NCBI GenBank assembly: GCA_902570035.1
Contig: CACFWO010000002.1
Coordinates: 1,054 to 65,053 of the forward strand
Length of the DNA: 64,000 nt
Reading direction: 5' to 3'
Source of the DNA: an uncultured SAR86 cluster bacterium
Lineage (GTDB): Bacteria; Pseudomonadota; Gammaproteobacteria; Magnimaribacterales; AG-339-G14
How positions within the stretch are numbered: position 1 is the first letter of the stretch; every line of letters begins with the position of its first letter. Shown here in pieces: positions 18,662 to 28,853 of this stretch. The translations under genes were made by a program, and so were the position numbers. The notes beneath the pieces are model-generated. The model did no database searches. It worked only from the letters and a program-made list of their open reading frames with translations, and had not been told where the DNA came from.

Positions 18662-19407
18662 ATTTCAGCAATTTTTTGTTTGACGATCTCAATCCCTTTC
18701 ATATTCGCACCCATAATCCTTTCCATTTCGGGAGCACCTTGACTGATGTCACCCAGTTCTTTCAGAACCAAGTGAGAATCGTCATGACCGTCCATTTGAG
18801 TCATGTCATCCAACCATCTAGATACGTTTGAGAAATCTTTGTAATCAAAAGTATTGGTAAACTCTTTTTTCAATTGACCTAATTCAACGTAAGCAGCCAT
18901 GTCAGCAATGGTTGGAGCATCGCCAGTTAGGTATTTATTGTCTGCAAGCCATTGGGTTTCCATGGCTTTCAACCCTTTGGTGAAAACTTTACGAGACATT
19001 TCTATTACTGACTCAGCTAGTCCTAGGTCAGGCCTAACTTTTGGTGCAAAAAAAGCTAACGTAGCCTCTTTAAAACTTCTGTGATGATAATGCAAAATCG
19101 AATCGACTTTAGATCTTTGCTCGGGACTATCAGGATAAAGATCGGTCCAACCGTGTTTTGTGCACAAGTAAGACATTATTGCGAGGGACTCTCCAAGAAC
19201 AAAACCTGTATCAGGTTCTTCAAGTCCTGGAATAGTGGCATTCGGAAATTTCTTCATATAATCAGGATCTCGAGTTCCGTTACCTTTGGGTGAACCTGGA
19301 ACGGTTACCACGAGTTCAAAGGGCAGCTTTTTATTTAATAACAACCAGATTACTGTTCTAACTGCTTGTGACATTGGTACACCATATATTTTTATCGGTT
19401 CACTCAT
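18658..19407 (-). CDS. Glutathione S-transferase
   Basis: 249 aa. Thioredoxin-like N-terminal domain (IPGLEE..GFVLGESLAIMSYL) and a helical C-terminal domain. It overlaps phzF by 4 nt. Confidence 0.8.
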   Translation of the reverse strand: MSEPIKIYGVPMSQAVRTVIWLLLNKKLPFELVVTVPGSPKGNGTRDPDYMKKFPNATIPGLEEPDTGFVLGESLAIMSYLCTKHGWTDLYPDSPEQRSKVDSILHYHHRSFKEATLAFFAPKVRPDLGLAESVIEMSRKVFTKGLKAMETQWLADNKYLTGDAPTIADMAAYVELGQLKKEFTNTFDYKDFSNVSRWLDDMTQMDGHDDSHLVLKELGDISQGAPEMERIMGANMKGIEIVKQKIAEM

Positions 19408-19420
19408 TTTTTCTCCTATT

Positions 19421-20110
19421 TTAGGTGTTTAGCGCGCTGTAATTTTTCTTTGACTCAAATGCGAACGTAATCATTATCATACAAACTATATTTATAAGGG
19501 TGATTATCTTTTGCAAGGTTGCATGTTGAATCATTTCAGATTCAGCTTCCATTGGATTACCGCTAAATATCTCATACATTACATAAGCGACAATCGATGC
19601 CATTAAAAATAAAATCATGTAGCCGTAATAGTTATTAATTTCTTTATTTTTAAACATCAATACGAGATACAAAAGAGTTGCTGGTATGAGTAACCTAAAG
19701 GAATTTAGAGCAAAAAAAACATGCTCATCAAAATAAAGATCATGCGGAGTAAGTCCGACTAGAGCAAAAAAAGCCATTCCCAAAAAGATGAACAGTGACC
19801 CAAAGAAGGCTATCCAATAATCAATGCCTTCGTTTTTAAACAGCGCAGGAACTGAGTTAAAAAAAGCCAGACCGGCAAAGAAGCAAATTCCTAATGAGAA
19901 AGCAAAAAAGACTGATGAGAGAAAATTTTGCTCGCCGTTATGAGCGTTGTACGCACCTAGGTCGCTTAAAAAATTGTGGGTTAAGGAATATCCAATCTGA
20001 GAATCATCGTGAATGTTCCCTCCTGGATAAAAATACATTGAGATCGAAATGAAGACCAAAAATCCAATGGCCATTAGTCTTACGAAACTAAGATTGAAAA
20101 TATCTCTCAT
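19421..20110 (-). CDS. Polytopic membrane protein, unknown function
   Basis: About 229 aa with about 6 hydrophobic helices. The ATG at 20110 lies 2 nt after the upstream SDR stop (the ORF-track start at 20113 is GTG). Confidence 0.5.
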   Translation of the reverse strand: MRDIFNLSFVRLMAIGFLVFISISMYFYPGGNIHDDSQIGYSLTHNFLSDLGAYNAHNGEQNFLSSVFFAFSLGICFFAGLAFFNSVPALFKNEGIDYWIAFFGSLFIFLGMAFFALVGLTPHDLYFDEHVFFALNSFRLLIPATLLYLVLMFKNKEINNYYGYMILFLMASIVAYVMYEIFSGNPMEAESEMIQHATLQKIITLINIVCMIMITFAFESKKNYSALNT

Positions 20111-20112
20111 CA

Positions 20113-20907
20113 CTAATTGCTGTCTGCTACCGCGCCTCCATCTGAAGCAATGGTCTGACCAACTATATATTCTCCCGCTCTAGAGCAGAGAAAAATTGCA
20201 AGCCCTGCAATATCTTCAAGGCCTCCTACGCGACCGCTTGGATTTGCCTCACCTACTTGACTCCAATCAACGTCGGTATCACCTCCAAACCCAACCCCAG
20301 TACTTAACATCCAAGTTGGATAAGGTCCTGGAGCGATGGCATTCACAATAATTTTTTCTTTGATTAAAAATGCTGCTAGAACTCTAGACAGGTGATGCAC
20401 AGCTGCTTTTGACGGTCCGTAAGCAAAATTTTCAAAAGCACCTTTTTTAAGACCATCAATTGAACCTATGTTGATGACCCTAGCCGGGTCGTCTTTACCT
20501 GCTTGCCTTAAAAGTGGTAATAGTTTTTGAGTTAAAAAGAAGATACCTTTGACGTTAGTATCCATGACTTTATCCCAACCGATTTCTGGATAGGTATCGA
20601 TAGGCTCACCCCAAGCAACACCGGCATTGTTTATTAAAATATCAAGTTTGTCCTCTTTTGTTTTTATGGCATCAGCTAATGCCTCTATCCCTTCAACATT
20701 AGATACGTCGGCAGGTATTGAAATACATTCACCTCCGTATTCCTCACTTAATTTTTTAGCGGTTTCATCACATACCTCTGCTTTTCTTGAGCTTATGTAA
20801 ACCTTCGCTCCTGAAGCTAAGAAGCCAGCAGCGATCATGCTACCAATTCCTCTCGAACCTCCAGTGACCAAAGCCACCTTGCCTTCTATTGAAAATAAAT
20901 CTTTCAT
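20113..20907 (-). CDS. SDR family oxidoreductase (3-oxoacyl-ACP reductase-like)
   Basis: 264 aa. TGGSRGIG, NNAG and YGPSKAA motifs. Confidence 0.85.
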   Translation of the reverse strand: MKDLFSIEGKVALVTGGSRGIGSMIAAGFLASGAKVYISSRKAEVCDETAKKLSEEYGGECISIPADVSNVEGIEALADAIKTKEDKLDILINNAGVAWGEPIDTYPEIGWDKVMDTNVKGIFFLTQKLLPLLRQAGKDDPARVINIGSIDGLKKGAFENFAYGPSKAAVHHLSRVLAAFLIKEKIIVNAIAPGPYPTWMLSTGVGFGGDTDVDWSQVGEANPSGRVGGLEDIAGLAIFLCSRAGEYIVGQTIASDGGAVADSN

Positions 20908-20941
20908 GGTTATCTCTTTTTAATTAAGTTGTTAAATATAA

Positions 20942-21643
20942 CTAATAAATTGCCAATTTTGAAAAAGCTTTTTCAGTTATTTTGTTATTTTTTTTTGAAA
21001 CCAAAAATGCATTTTTCTTTTTATTGAAAACTACTGCTTTATGAGGTTTTTCATCAATTAGGTGCAGTGCGCAGCCTCCATCGACAGCAAAACATTCATC
21101 GAAAGTATTTTTCTTGAGCATTTTATGTACGCTTGGTCTTCTTTCAGGTTCCTCATCGTAATGAGGGCAGCAAACTCCAGAAACAAAATTTAAACAATCC
21201 ATTACCTTCAAGTTTTCAGCCCAAGAGTCTGTGATTCCTCTTTCAAACCAGCAAATGGCGCCAGCACTAACCCCACTCATCACTGATCCTTTTTCGTAAG
21301 CTTGTTTCAAAATTTCATCTAGTCCCCAATCACGCCATACCGCCAACATGCTCTTGGTATTGCCGCCTCCCACAAAAATAGCATCCTGATCATGAATTAA
21401 TTTTTCCAAGTTTGGTGTACGTTTAAAAAAATCTAAATGAGTTGGCTGACAATTAAGATTGGAAAATGTTGCGTAATAGTTGAGTTTATAAAGTTCTAAA
21501 TCACCTGTTGCAGTAGGAATAAAACAAATTTTAGGTTTTCTTTTTTTGGTCTGATCAAGGATGTACTGCTCAATAATGCCTACGCCGGGGTTTCTGCCGA
21601 AACCGCCTCCGCCAATGGATATAATTTGTCTTGATGCCCCCAT
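20942..21643 (-). CDS. Peptidase S51 (dipeptidase E-like) family protein
   Basis: 233 aa. FVGGGNT and GVSAGA (nucleophile Ser) blocks. Confidence 0.65.
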   Translation of the reverse strand: MGASRQIISIGGGGFGRNPGVGIIEQYILDQTKKRKPKICFIPTATGDLELYKLNYYATFSNLNCQPTHLDFFKRTPNLEKLIHDQDAIFVGGGNTKSMLAVWRDWGLDEILKQAYEKGSVMSGVSAGAICWFERGITDSWAENLKVMDCLNFVSGVCCPHYDEEPERRPSVHKMLKKNTFDECFAVDGGCALHLIDEKPHKAVVFNKKKNAFLVSKKNNKITEKAFSKLAIY

Positions 21644-21709
21644 GTATAAGTTTTTGAAATTGTTAATTTCAGTAAAACCGAGTTTTCATCTCCCTTTTAA
21701 TATAGCACT

Positions 21710-22591
21710 TTATGAATTAACTTCATCTATTTTGATGTCAGATTTAGACTCAAATTCTGATTGAAAGAATTCTCTTGGACAACCAAACAAACTTTCGCAG
21801 GAAAATTCTTTGCCCATTTCTACAGGAAAAATCTCACTTAATATATCCCTAACTTTGCCAGTCCAAATTGCGTAACCTCTAGAATTCATATGCAACATGT
21901 CAGGAATGTAAAGTTCTCTTCTTGGTTTACCTTCATCTGTGAACATCGTTTCAGATACATTTATTACAAAGAGATCAGGATCTTCCTTAGCAAGATCTTC
22001 AATATGTTCGTTCCATTTAAGTTGGAGGTTTCTTTGAAAAAAACGACTCGGCGAGGGCTGGATTTCAATGACAAATAATTTAGTATCTGGCAAATCACGT
22101 TTGACTCGATTATAAAAAATTTCAAAATCAAGCTTTACCTTATCGACTGGGTTGTATGCAGCAATGTCGTTAGTCCCGCAAAAAAATATGATGGCCTTTG
22201 GTTCATAAGGTAGGACAATCGATTCAAAGTGCCTGTTGATATGCTTAATGTGGGCTCCCCCAAAGCCTCTATTGATAACTTCCAAGGGTGCCATATCGTC
22301 TTGTAAGGATTTCCAAAGTCTTATTGATGAGCTACCGATAAAAAGAAACTTATTTTTGTCTGGAGGAGAGATTTGATCTTGAGCAACAAATGAATTGATA
22401 TCTTCATCAAATTTTTCTATGTCGTTGGAGTTATAGGATTTTAATCTTTCAATCCACATTTCTAGCTCCTCTTCGGTCAATTGGTAGCCCATCGACTTTG
22501 CAGTCTCTCTTATGGTTTTGGCATACTGGCTATCCTCATTGCTGAACAATGACAATGGCATCAGGATCAAGAAGATTAAAAAAACTTTCAT
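21710..22591 (-). CDS. SGNH/GDSL-type hydrolase with signal peptide
   Basis: 293 aa. Blocks FIGSSSI, GFGGA, GTND and DMLHMN correspond to SGNH blocks I, II, III and V. Confidence 0.7.
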   Translation of the reverse strand: MKVFLIFLILMPLSLFSNEDSQYAKTIRETAKSMGYQLTEEELEMWIERLKSYNSNDIEKFDEDINSFVAQDQISPPDKNKFLFIGSSSIRLWKSLQDDMAPLEVINRGFGGAHIKHINRHFESIVLPYEPKAIIFFCGTNDIAAYNPVDKVKLDFEIFYNRVKRDLPDTKLFVIEIQPSPSRFFQRNLQLKWNEHIEDLAKEDPDLFVINVSETMFTDEGKPRRELYIPDMLHMNSRGYAIWTGKVRDILSEIFPVEMGKEFSCESLFGCPREFFQSEFESKSDIKIDEVNS

Positions 22592-22634
22592 ATCTTTTAT
22601 ATATTTTGCATCAAAAATGATATCTTAGACTGCT

Positions 22635-23015
22635 ATGACAGACAAAATAATTCTGACAGTTATTGGCCTGGAATGGCTTATTTTTGGATTAATTGGATTA
22701 ATCAGCCCTGTTTACATAGCTACTTTATTGGATATGCAGTTAGGCTCTTCCATTGGTTACAGCGAACTCAGGGCAATGTATGCTTTTTTTACGTGCATGG
22801 GTTTAACTGCTCTATTGAGTTTATGGAATGTAAAACTTAAAAAAACCGTCTACCTATTATTTTGTATTGTTCTTGGATGCTTCTTAATTGGTAGAATCAT
22901 AAGTTTCATTTTTGATGGTTCGCCCACACAAGGAGGCATTATCATTTTTGTGAATGAACTTATTGTTTATGCTCTTGTAATGTGGAGATACAGGAAAAGA
23001 GAAGTTCTTTTTTAA
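22635..23015 (+). CDS. Small 4-helix membrane protein (possibly DUF4345-like)
   Basis: 126 aa with four hydrophobic segments. No catalytic motifs recognised. Confidence 0.45.
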   Translation: MTDKIILTVIGLEWLIFGLIGLISPVYIATLLDMQLGSSIGYSELRAMYAFFTCMGLTALLSLWNVKLKKTVYLLFCIVLGCFLIGRIISFIFDGSPTQGGIIIFVNELIVYALVMWRYRKREVLF

Positions 23016-23028
23016 ATTTAGTTGGGGT

Positions 23029-24705
23029 ATGGTTTTGCGGTTTCTTATTGTTATTTTTTCTATTTTTCTTATTGGGTGTAATTTTTCAGACGGAAAGGAC
23101 ACTGAAATCATAAGCCTTTCTCAAGGAGATTTAGTTGGTTTTGCAAAAGGCGAAACTGATTATTTTTTAGGCATACCTTATGCTGAGCCTCCAATAGGAG
23201 CTAATAGATTTGAACCGCCAAAATCTCATAAGGGTTGGAGCGATGTTTTAAAAGCAAAGGAAGCGGAAAAGCAGTGTATGCAACCTCAAGGTGAAGAAGG
23301 CGAATTAAGTGAGTTTTTTGAGGTTTTTCTTACAAAATCTGGAATGAAGTGGTGGGAACAAATCATTCTAGAAAATGCTGCGTGGCTTTTCGCAAGTTTA
23401 GATTTTGAGAAACAGCAATCCGAAGACTGCTTATTCATTAATATCATCAAACCGTCAAAAATAGATAACGGTTCTTTACCTGTTATGGTTTGGTTCCACG
23501 GAGGCGGTTATAACTTCGGTAACGGCGATGGACTATACATAACAGATAGATTTGCAAAACGTGACGTTATCTTGGTAACAATGAACTACCGATTAGGTCC
23601 ATTTGGATTTTTTGCACATCCGTTATTATCTGAAGCATCAAAAATGGGTGTCTCAGGAAATTATGGAACTTTAGATCAAATCCAAGCCTTAAAATGGGTG
23701 CAGACCAATATACATCTTTTTGGGGGCGATCCAGATAACGTAACTATTTTCGGTGAATCCGCCGGGGGAGCAAGCGTTGAAACCTTAGTGTCAACAAAAC
23801 TTGCAAAAGATCTTTTTCATAAAGCCATAGCTCAAAGCGGATACACAGTCGGAAGAGCAAGAAATATTAGAGAGCAAAGAGGAGATCTAATTTCTGCAGA
23901 ATCGCTCGGGGAAAAGTTTTTTCATTCAATATCTGGAATAGATAATCCTTCCGTGGAAGATATTAAGAATCTATCAGCGGATCTTTTTTTTGAAACTGAA
24001 AAATTCGAGAAAGAAAATGATAGTGAACAAGCTGGATGGTTTCCAATCGAAGACAAATGGGTTTTTGATTCGCCGACGCAAATAAGTTTTACCGAAGGCA
24101 AAACCAATGATGTCATTTACGTTGCAGGATTTAATGCAAATGAGGGTACTAATTTATCTCCTTTTGTTTTTGGTGAAAAACTTAATGAGAATGATTGGAT
24201 CAAACAAACTTGGGAGATGAGTGACTTTTTTTACCTTCCTTTACCTGATAGTGTAAAAGCATATGGCGAAAGTCTTGAATATTCGAAGGAACGATCTGCT
24301 AATGAATTGTGGGGTGATTTAGCATTTGGAGGAGATGGTTTTTTCATGGTTAATCAGTTTGCATCCAATGGCGGAGAAGCTTATTTATATTATTTTGAAA
24401 AAGGCCCGTCATCGGATACTCAAACTCTTGATGCCGCGCACGGCTTAGAGTTGTTTTATCTTTTCGATAACATAGTCCCATTTTGGCCTTGGAAAAAAAT
24501 AGATGATGGAATTAGAGATACCATGCTTAAGGATTGGACGGATATTGCAAAATATGGGAAACCACGAAGTGATTGGCAAAAATTTGATCCGAATAATCCC
24601 AAGGCAATGCATTATGGGCAGAGAATTGAATTCAAAACTCCCGAAAAACTTTCTCTTTATAAGAGTCTAGAAAAGGTTTATTTAGAAGAAGGAAAAAATT
24701 TCTAG
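23029..24705 (+). CDS. Type-B carboxylesterase/lipase, lipoprotein
   Basis: 558 aa. Lipobox LIGC, an oxyanion HGGG motif (WFHGGGY) and the nucleophile elbow GESAGG. Confidence 0.85.
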   Translation: MVLRFLIVIFSIFLIGCNFSDGKDTEIISLSQGDLVGFAKGETDYFLGIPYAEPPIGANRFEPPKSHKGWSDVLKAKEAEKQCMQPQGEEGELSEFFEVFLTKSGMKWWEQIILENAAWLFASLDFEKQQSEDCLFINIIKPSKIDNGSLPVMVWFHGGGYNFGNGDGLYITDRFAKRDVILVTMNYRLGPFGFFAHPLLSEASKMGVSGNYGTLDQIQALKWVQTNIHLFGGDPDNVTIFGESAGGASVETLVSTKLAKDLFHKAIAQSGYTVGRARNIREQRGDLISAESLGEKFFHSISGIDNPSVEDIKNLSADLFFETEKFEKENDSEQAGWFPIEDKWVFDSPTQISFTEGKTNDVIYVAGFNANEGTNLSPFVFGEKLNENDWIKQTWEMSDFFYLPLPDSVKAYGESLEYSKERSANELWGDLAFGGDGFFMVNQFASNGGEAYLYYFEKGPSSDTQTLDAAHGLELFYLFDNIVPFWPWKKIDDGIRDTMLKDWTDIAKYGKPRSDWQKFDPNNPKAMHYGQRIEFKTPEKLSLYKSLEKVYLEEGKNF

Positions 24706-25643
24706 AGCAGGTGCTTTTTCATGAAAGAAAGTGCTTGATCCATAGCGTCTCTTCTTATCGACCAATCTCCACCCGAATGAGCGCCAAACTTTATCTCGCC
24801 AGTTTCAAAAATTTTAACTCTATCTTCAAATGAGTTAGCACTCATTGCTTTTCCTTCATCGGTAATAAAAGTGATACTTCCATCGTTTTTCAATTGTGCA
24901 AACTTTTCATTTATTGCCAGCGCTTCAGGCCAAAAAGTTAGAGGATGAATAGAGTCAAAAGAGTGATGTCCTTTTTTAAATTCATATACCTCAACATCCG
25001 CACCAGCTTTCTTCATTTCTTTGCAAATATCTTTAACAAGAATGCCAGGCGTATAGTCATCATCTGAACCAATTAAATTTAAAATTGGAGCTTTTGACCA
25101 TCGATGTTCATCCGGATTCAAAAACGTTGGAGGATAAAAAGGTAGGTGAGCACAAAATCTCTCACCGTTTGGTGCAAGCTTCTCCATAATAGGTTCCCAC
25201 GCAGCATAAAAAGCTACCATGCCGCCTAAGCTCCAACCGGTAATTGCGATTTTATTTGCATCTAGATCGGGATGCCTTGATAAAAATTTTAAAGGTTCTA
25301 CCACATCAACCATCATCATGGCTGTTGTCACTGAGAGTTGATCTTCAACAGTGGAAGCAACCCCCCTCGAATCAAAACTGTGTGCTTTAAAGACTGCAAT
25401 TCCATTATTGAGAAAATTGAGCATATGTTCATGATGGTGCCCGGCCCAATTATCGCTTCCATGCGCGCAAATTACTAATGGATAGGGTTTTTTCCCCTGT
25501 TCTGGAAAAATTAACCAACCGAAACTATCTTGAGTTTCGGCTTCATCTAATTCATTAAATATTTGATAAAACTCATAAGGATTTTTGGATTTATATTCGA
25601 TGTATCCAAATTCGTTTTCTTTAAAGTTGATTTTTTCGTTCAC
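24702..25643 (-). CDS. Alpha/beta hydrolase (dienelactone hydrolase-like)
   Basis: 313 aa with a GTG start. GWSLGG nucleophile elbow and a late HH/HSF region. Confidence 0.7.
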   Translation of the reverse strand: MNEKINFKENEFGYIEYKSKNPYEFYQIFNELDEAETQDSFGWLIFPEQGKKPYPLVICAHGSDNWAGHHHEHMLNFLNNGIAVFKAHSFDSRGVASTVEDQLSVTTAMMMVDVVEPLKFLSRHPDLDANKIAITGWSLGGMVAFYAAWEPIMEKLAPNGERFCAHLPFYPPTFLNPDEHRWSKAPILNLIGSDDDYTPGILVKDICKEMKKAGADVEVYEFKKGHHSFDSIHPLTFWPEALAINEKFAQLKNDGSITFITDEGKAMSANSFEDRVKIFETGEIKFGAHSGGDWSIRRDAMDQALSFMKKHLL

Positions 25644-25732
25644 GTCTTATAATTATTGAGAATAATTCTTATTTGATGATTAAATTTGCCCCATAAAGTG
25701 TCATAATATCCAACCGAACTTTGAAGAATTGA

Positions 25733-27256
25733 ATGAATCATAATATTCCGATTGATAATCTTATAGAAATTGCCCTCAATAACAAGGAAGGCATTACTGC
25801 ATCGAATGGAGCCTTAATTGTTACAACTGGAAAAAGAACCGGAAGAAGCCCTAAAGACAGATTCATTGTCGAGGATTCGATCACTAGAGAAGTTGTCGAT
25901 TGGAGTGAGAACAATCAGCCTATCGAGTCGGAAAAATTCGAACGACTTTGGAACGAGTCTGAAGATTATCTAAAAGGAAAAGAGACTTACACAGCAGATC
26001 TTCACGTTGGAGCTAGCGCTGAGCATTATCAGCCTGTTGTTGTTGAAAATGAGCTTGCCTGGCACAACGTATTTTGTCAAAGCTTACTCATAAGGCCTGA
26101 TACATTTAACCCAAAGGGCAAAGATTTATGGAATCTTAGATGTGTTCCAAGTTTTGTTTGTGATCCCAAGGTCCATGGGACCAATTCAGACGGAACAGTA
26201 ATGATCAATTTCACTGAGAAAAAAGTTCTTATTCTGGGTATTGCCTATGCAGGTGAAATGAAGAAGTCTATGTTTGGAGTTTTGAACTTCATTTTACCTG
26301 AGCATGATGTTTTACCAATGCATTGTGCTGCAAATGCAGGAGAGAACGGCGATGTATCACTTTTCTTTGGTCTTTCTGGAACAGGTAAAACAACATTATC
26401 AGCAGATCCAAATAGATGGTTGATTGGCGATGATGAGCATGGCTGGGGAGAAGGAATCGTCTTTAATTTTGAAGGCGGATGTTATGCAAAAACTGTCAAC
26501 CTCTCGCAAAAGAACGAACCTATTATCTGGGATGCTATCAAAAGGGGTTCGGTAGTTGAGAATGTAGTCCTCAAACCAAATACCATCGATATAGATTATG
26601 CTAATCAGTCTATTACGGAGAATACCAGAGCTGTCTATCCTCTCTCACATGTAGACAGTCATTTAAAAGATAATTTTGCAGGCGAGCCAAATGCAATTAT
26701 TTTCCTTACCTGTGATTTAACTGGAGTGCTGCCACCTGTATCCATTCTGAGCAAAGAAGCAGCTGCATATCATTTTCTCAGCGGTTACACCGCAAAAGTT
26801 GGTTCCACAGAAATTGGTTCGACTAAAGATCTGGATTCAACTTTCTCTCATTGTTTCGGCTCTCCGTTTTTTCCAAGACCGCCAAGAGTTTATGCTGAAC
26901 TTTTAATGAAAAGAATTGAGAGTTTTGGCAGTAAAGTATTCATTGTTAATTCTGGATGGACCGGAGGTCCATACGGAGTTGGTAATAGATTTGATATTCC
27001 TGTTACCAGGAGTGTCATAAAAGCTATTCAAGATGGTTCTATCCATGAGTCATCTACAGAAATGCTTGATATCATGAATGTTGAAATACCCGTCAATCTT
27101 GATGGCGTAGATCCAAAACTTTTAAATCCGTCTGCTACATGGGGAAGTAAATCAGATTACGATAATGAAGCAAAACAACTTGCTGAAAAATTTAGAACTA
27201 ACATAGAAAAATTTAATCTCTCATCCGAAGTAGTAGCAGCTGGTCCAAAGGTTTAA
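25733..27256 (+). CDS. pckA: Phosphoenolpyruvate carboxykinase (ATP)
   Basis: 507 aa. Kinase-1a loop [19 protein letters not shown] and CYAK blocks. Confidence 0.95.
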   Translation: MNHNIPIDNLIEIALNNKEGITASNGALIVTTGKRTGRSPKDRFIVEDSITREVVDWSENNQPIESEKFERLWNESEDYLKGKETYTADLHVGASAEHYQPVVVENELAWHNVFCQSLLIRPDTFNPKGKDLWNLRCVPSFVCDPKVHGTNSDGTVMINFTEKKVLILGIAYAGEMKKSMFGVLNFILPEHDVLPMHCAANAGENGDVSLFFGLSGTGKTTLSADPNRWLIGDDEHGWGEGIVFNFEGGCYAKTVNLSQKNEPIIWDAIKRGSVVENVVLKPNTIDIDYANQSITENTRAVYPLSHVDSHLKDNFAGEPNAIIFLTCDLTGVLPPVSILSKEAAAYHFLSGYTAKVGSTEIGSTKDLDSTFSHCFGSPFFPRPPRVYAELLMKRIESFGSKVFIVNSGWTGGPYGVGNRFDIPVTRSVIKAIQDGSIHESSTEMLDIMNVEIPVNLDGVDPKLLNPSATWGSKSDYDNEAKQLAEKFRTNIEKFNLSSEVVAAGPKV

Positions 27257-27268
27257 TCTTTACCAGTA

Positions 27269-28819
27269 ATGTCCAACAAATTTCTTAATTCTCTAGAAGA
27301 TCTAGACTCGTTAAATCTATCTGATTTCATAAAAATTTCTCAAAGGGGTATTGAAAAAGAAAATTTAAGATCAAATAACAGCTCTATTTCATTAGAACCT
27401 CATCCTAAAGTCTACGGATCATCTTTAACAAACTCTCGTATTACCACTGACTTCTCTGAAGCCTTGATCGAGCTTGTCACTGGTCCAAATAAAGACCTAA
27501 ATAACTGTCTCAAAGAATTAGAAGACATCGTTTATTTTTGTTTAAAAAATACTGATGAAGACTTTTGGCCAGCGAGCATCCCCATGTCTATAGAGGATGA
27601 AGCTACTATTCCTATTGCAGATTATGGAAACTCTAATTCAGGTAGACTAAAAAAACTTTACCGTGTCGGTTTATCACACAGATATGGAAGCATGATGCAG
27701 ACGGTTTCTGGCATACACTACAATTTTTCTTTTGATGACAGATTGTTTGAACAATGGGCAAAAAAAGAAGGAGAAAAACTTAGAGAGTTCAAAGATAAAA
27801 AATATTTAAGCCTGGTAAGAAACTTCCGAAGAAATGCATGGCTAATTACCTATCTTTTTGGGTGCAGCCCTATAGTTCCTAAAGCTTTTGCAAAAGGCAG
27901 GGAACATAACCTAAAAGAATTAAATTCAAAAGATCTATATCTTGAAAACGCCACTTGCTTGAGAATGGGAGAATTAGGTTACATATCCAAATCACAAGAT
28001 AACCTTAATATTGCTTACAACAATCTTGAGGAATATTTAGCTGATCTAAAAAAAGCCTTAACAACTGATCATCCAAGATATAAAACTCTAGGCACAAAAG
28101 TTAATGATGAGTACATCCAACTAAATACCGCGATAATTCAAATAGAAAACGAGTATTACAGTTCTATCAGGCCTAAAAGATTAGTGGCAAGTGGGGAAAG
28201 GCCAATTAACGCACTTAGAGATAAAGGCATAGAATATGTTGAAATCAGAGCCTTGGATAATAATATTTATGACCCATTTGGCATCTCAGATGAAACGGCT
28301 ATCTTTTTGGAAAGTTTCCTTTTTTATTGTTTACTCTCAGAAGATCAGCCATGCGAACAAGATGAAATAAGGAAAATACAAAGTAATTGGGGCAATGTTG
28401 TTCTTTCTGGCAGAGATGAAGACCTAAAATTAGAATTCAAAGATGGTTCGTTTTTCTTGAGAGATAAAGCAGCGAAAATTATCAGTGAGATGTCTAACCT
28501 AGAAGCTCGAATCGACAATCTAGAATATAAAACTATATTTAAGAAATCCCTAGAAACACAACAAAATAAAGTAAACGATTCAGATAAAACACCATCCGGT
28601 AAGCTTTTAAAAGAAATAATTTCATCCGATACAACTTGGGATAAATATACAAATGATATTGCGAAGAGTCATAAAGAAGAAATACTGAAATTAAATAGAG
28701 AAGTCCATTATTTAGAAAAACAGGCAAGTGAATCATTGAAAGAATTCTCTCGAAAGGAAGCTGAAGAAGAAAAAGATTTTGATTCTTTTCTTGCAGAGTA
28801 CCTATCTGCAATTGAATAA
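27269..28819 (+). CDS. gshA: Glutamate-cysteine ligase (proteobacterial type)
   Basis: 516 aa. GIHYNFS and IEYVEIRALD blocks match E. coli-type GshA, as does the length. Confidence 0.9.
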   Translation: MSNKFLNSLEDLDSLNLSDFIKISQRGIEKENLRSNNSSISLEPHPKVYGSSLTNSRITTDFSEALIELVTGPNKDLNNCLKELEDIVYFCLKNTDEDFWPASIPMSIEDEATIPIADYGNSNSGRLKKLYRVGLSHRYGSMMQTVSGIHYNFSFDDRLFEQWAKKEGEKLREFKDKKYLSLVRNFRRNAWLITYLFGCSPIVPKAFAKGREHNLKELNSKDLYLENATCLRMGELGYISKSQDNLNIAYNNLEEYLADLKKALTTDHPRYKTLGTKVNDEYIQLNTAIIQIENEYYSSIRPKRLVASGERPINALRDKGIEYVEIRALDNNIYDPFGISDETAIFLESFLFYCLLSEDQPCEQDEIRKIQSNWGNVVLSGRDEDLKLEFKDGSFFLRDKAAKIISEMSNLEARIDNLEYKTIFKKSLETQQNKVNDSDKTPSGKLLKEIISSDTTWDKYTNDIAKSHKEEILKLNREVHYLEKQASESLKEFSRKEAEEEKDFDSFLAEYLSAIE

Positions 28820-28853
28820 GGCAAAATATAAAAAATTTAGATTGGAGAAAATT

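Noticed and set aside
25651-25667. AATTATT-GAG-AATAATT palindrome in the divergent spacer upstream of pckA
   Set aside because: It is composed of A/T only in a very AT-rich spacer. Arms of this size are expected by chance, and there is no supporting second copy.
28779-28853. Upstream extension of the quinone oxidoreductase ORF (track start 28779)
   Set aside because: It would overlap the gshA 3' end by 41 nt. The ATG at 28854 has a GGAG SD and gives the canonical MKAF... MDR N-terminus.
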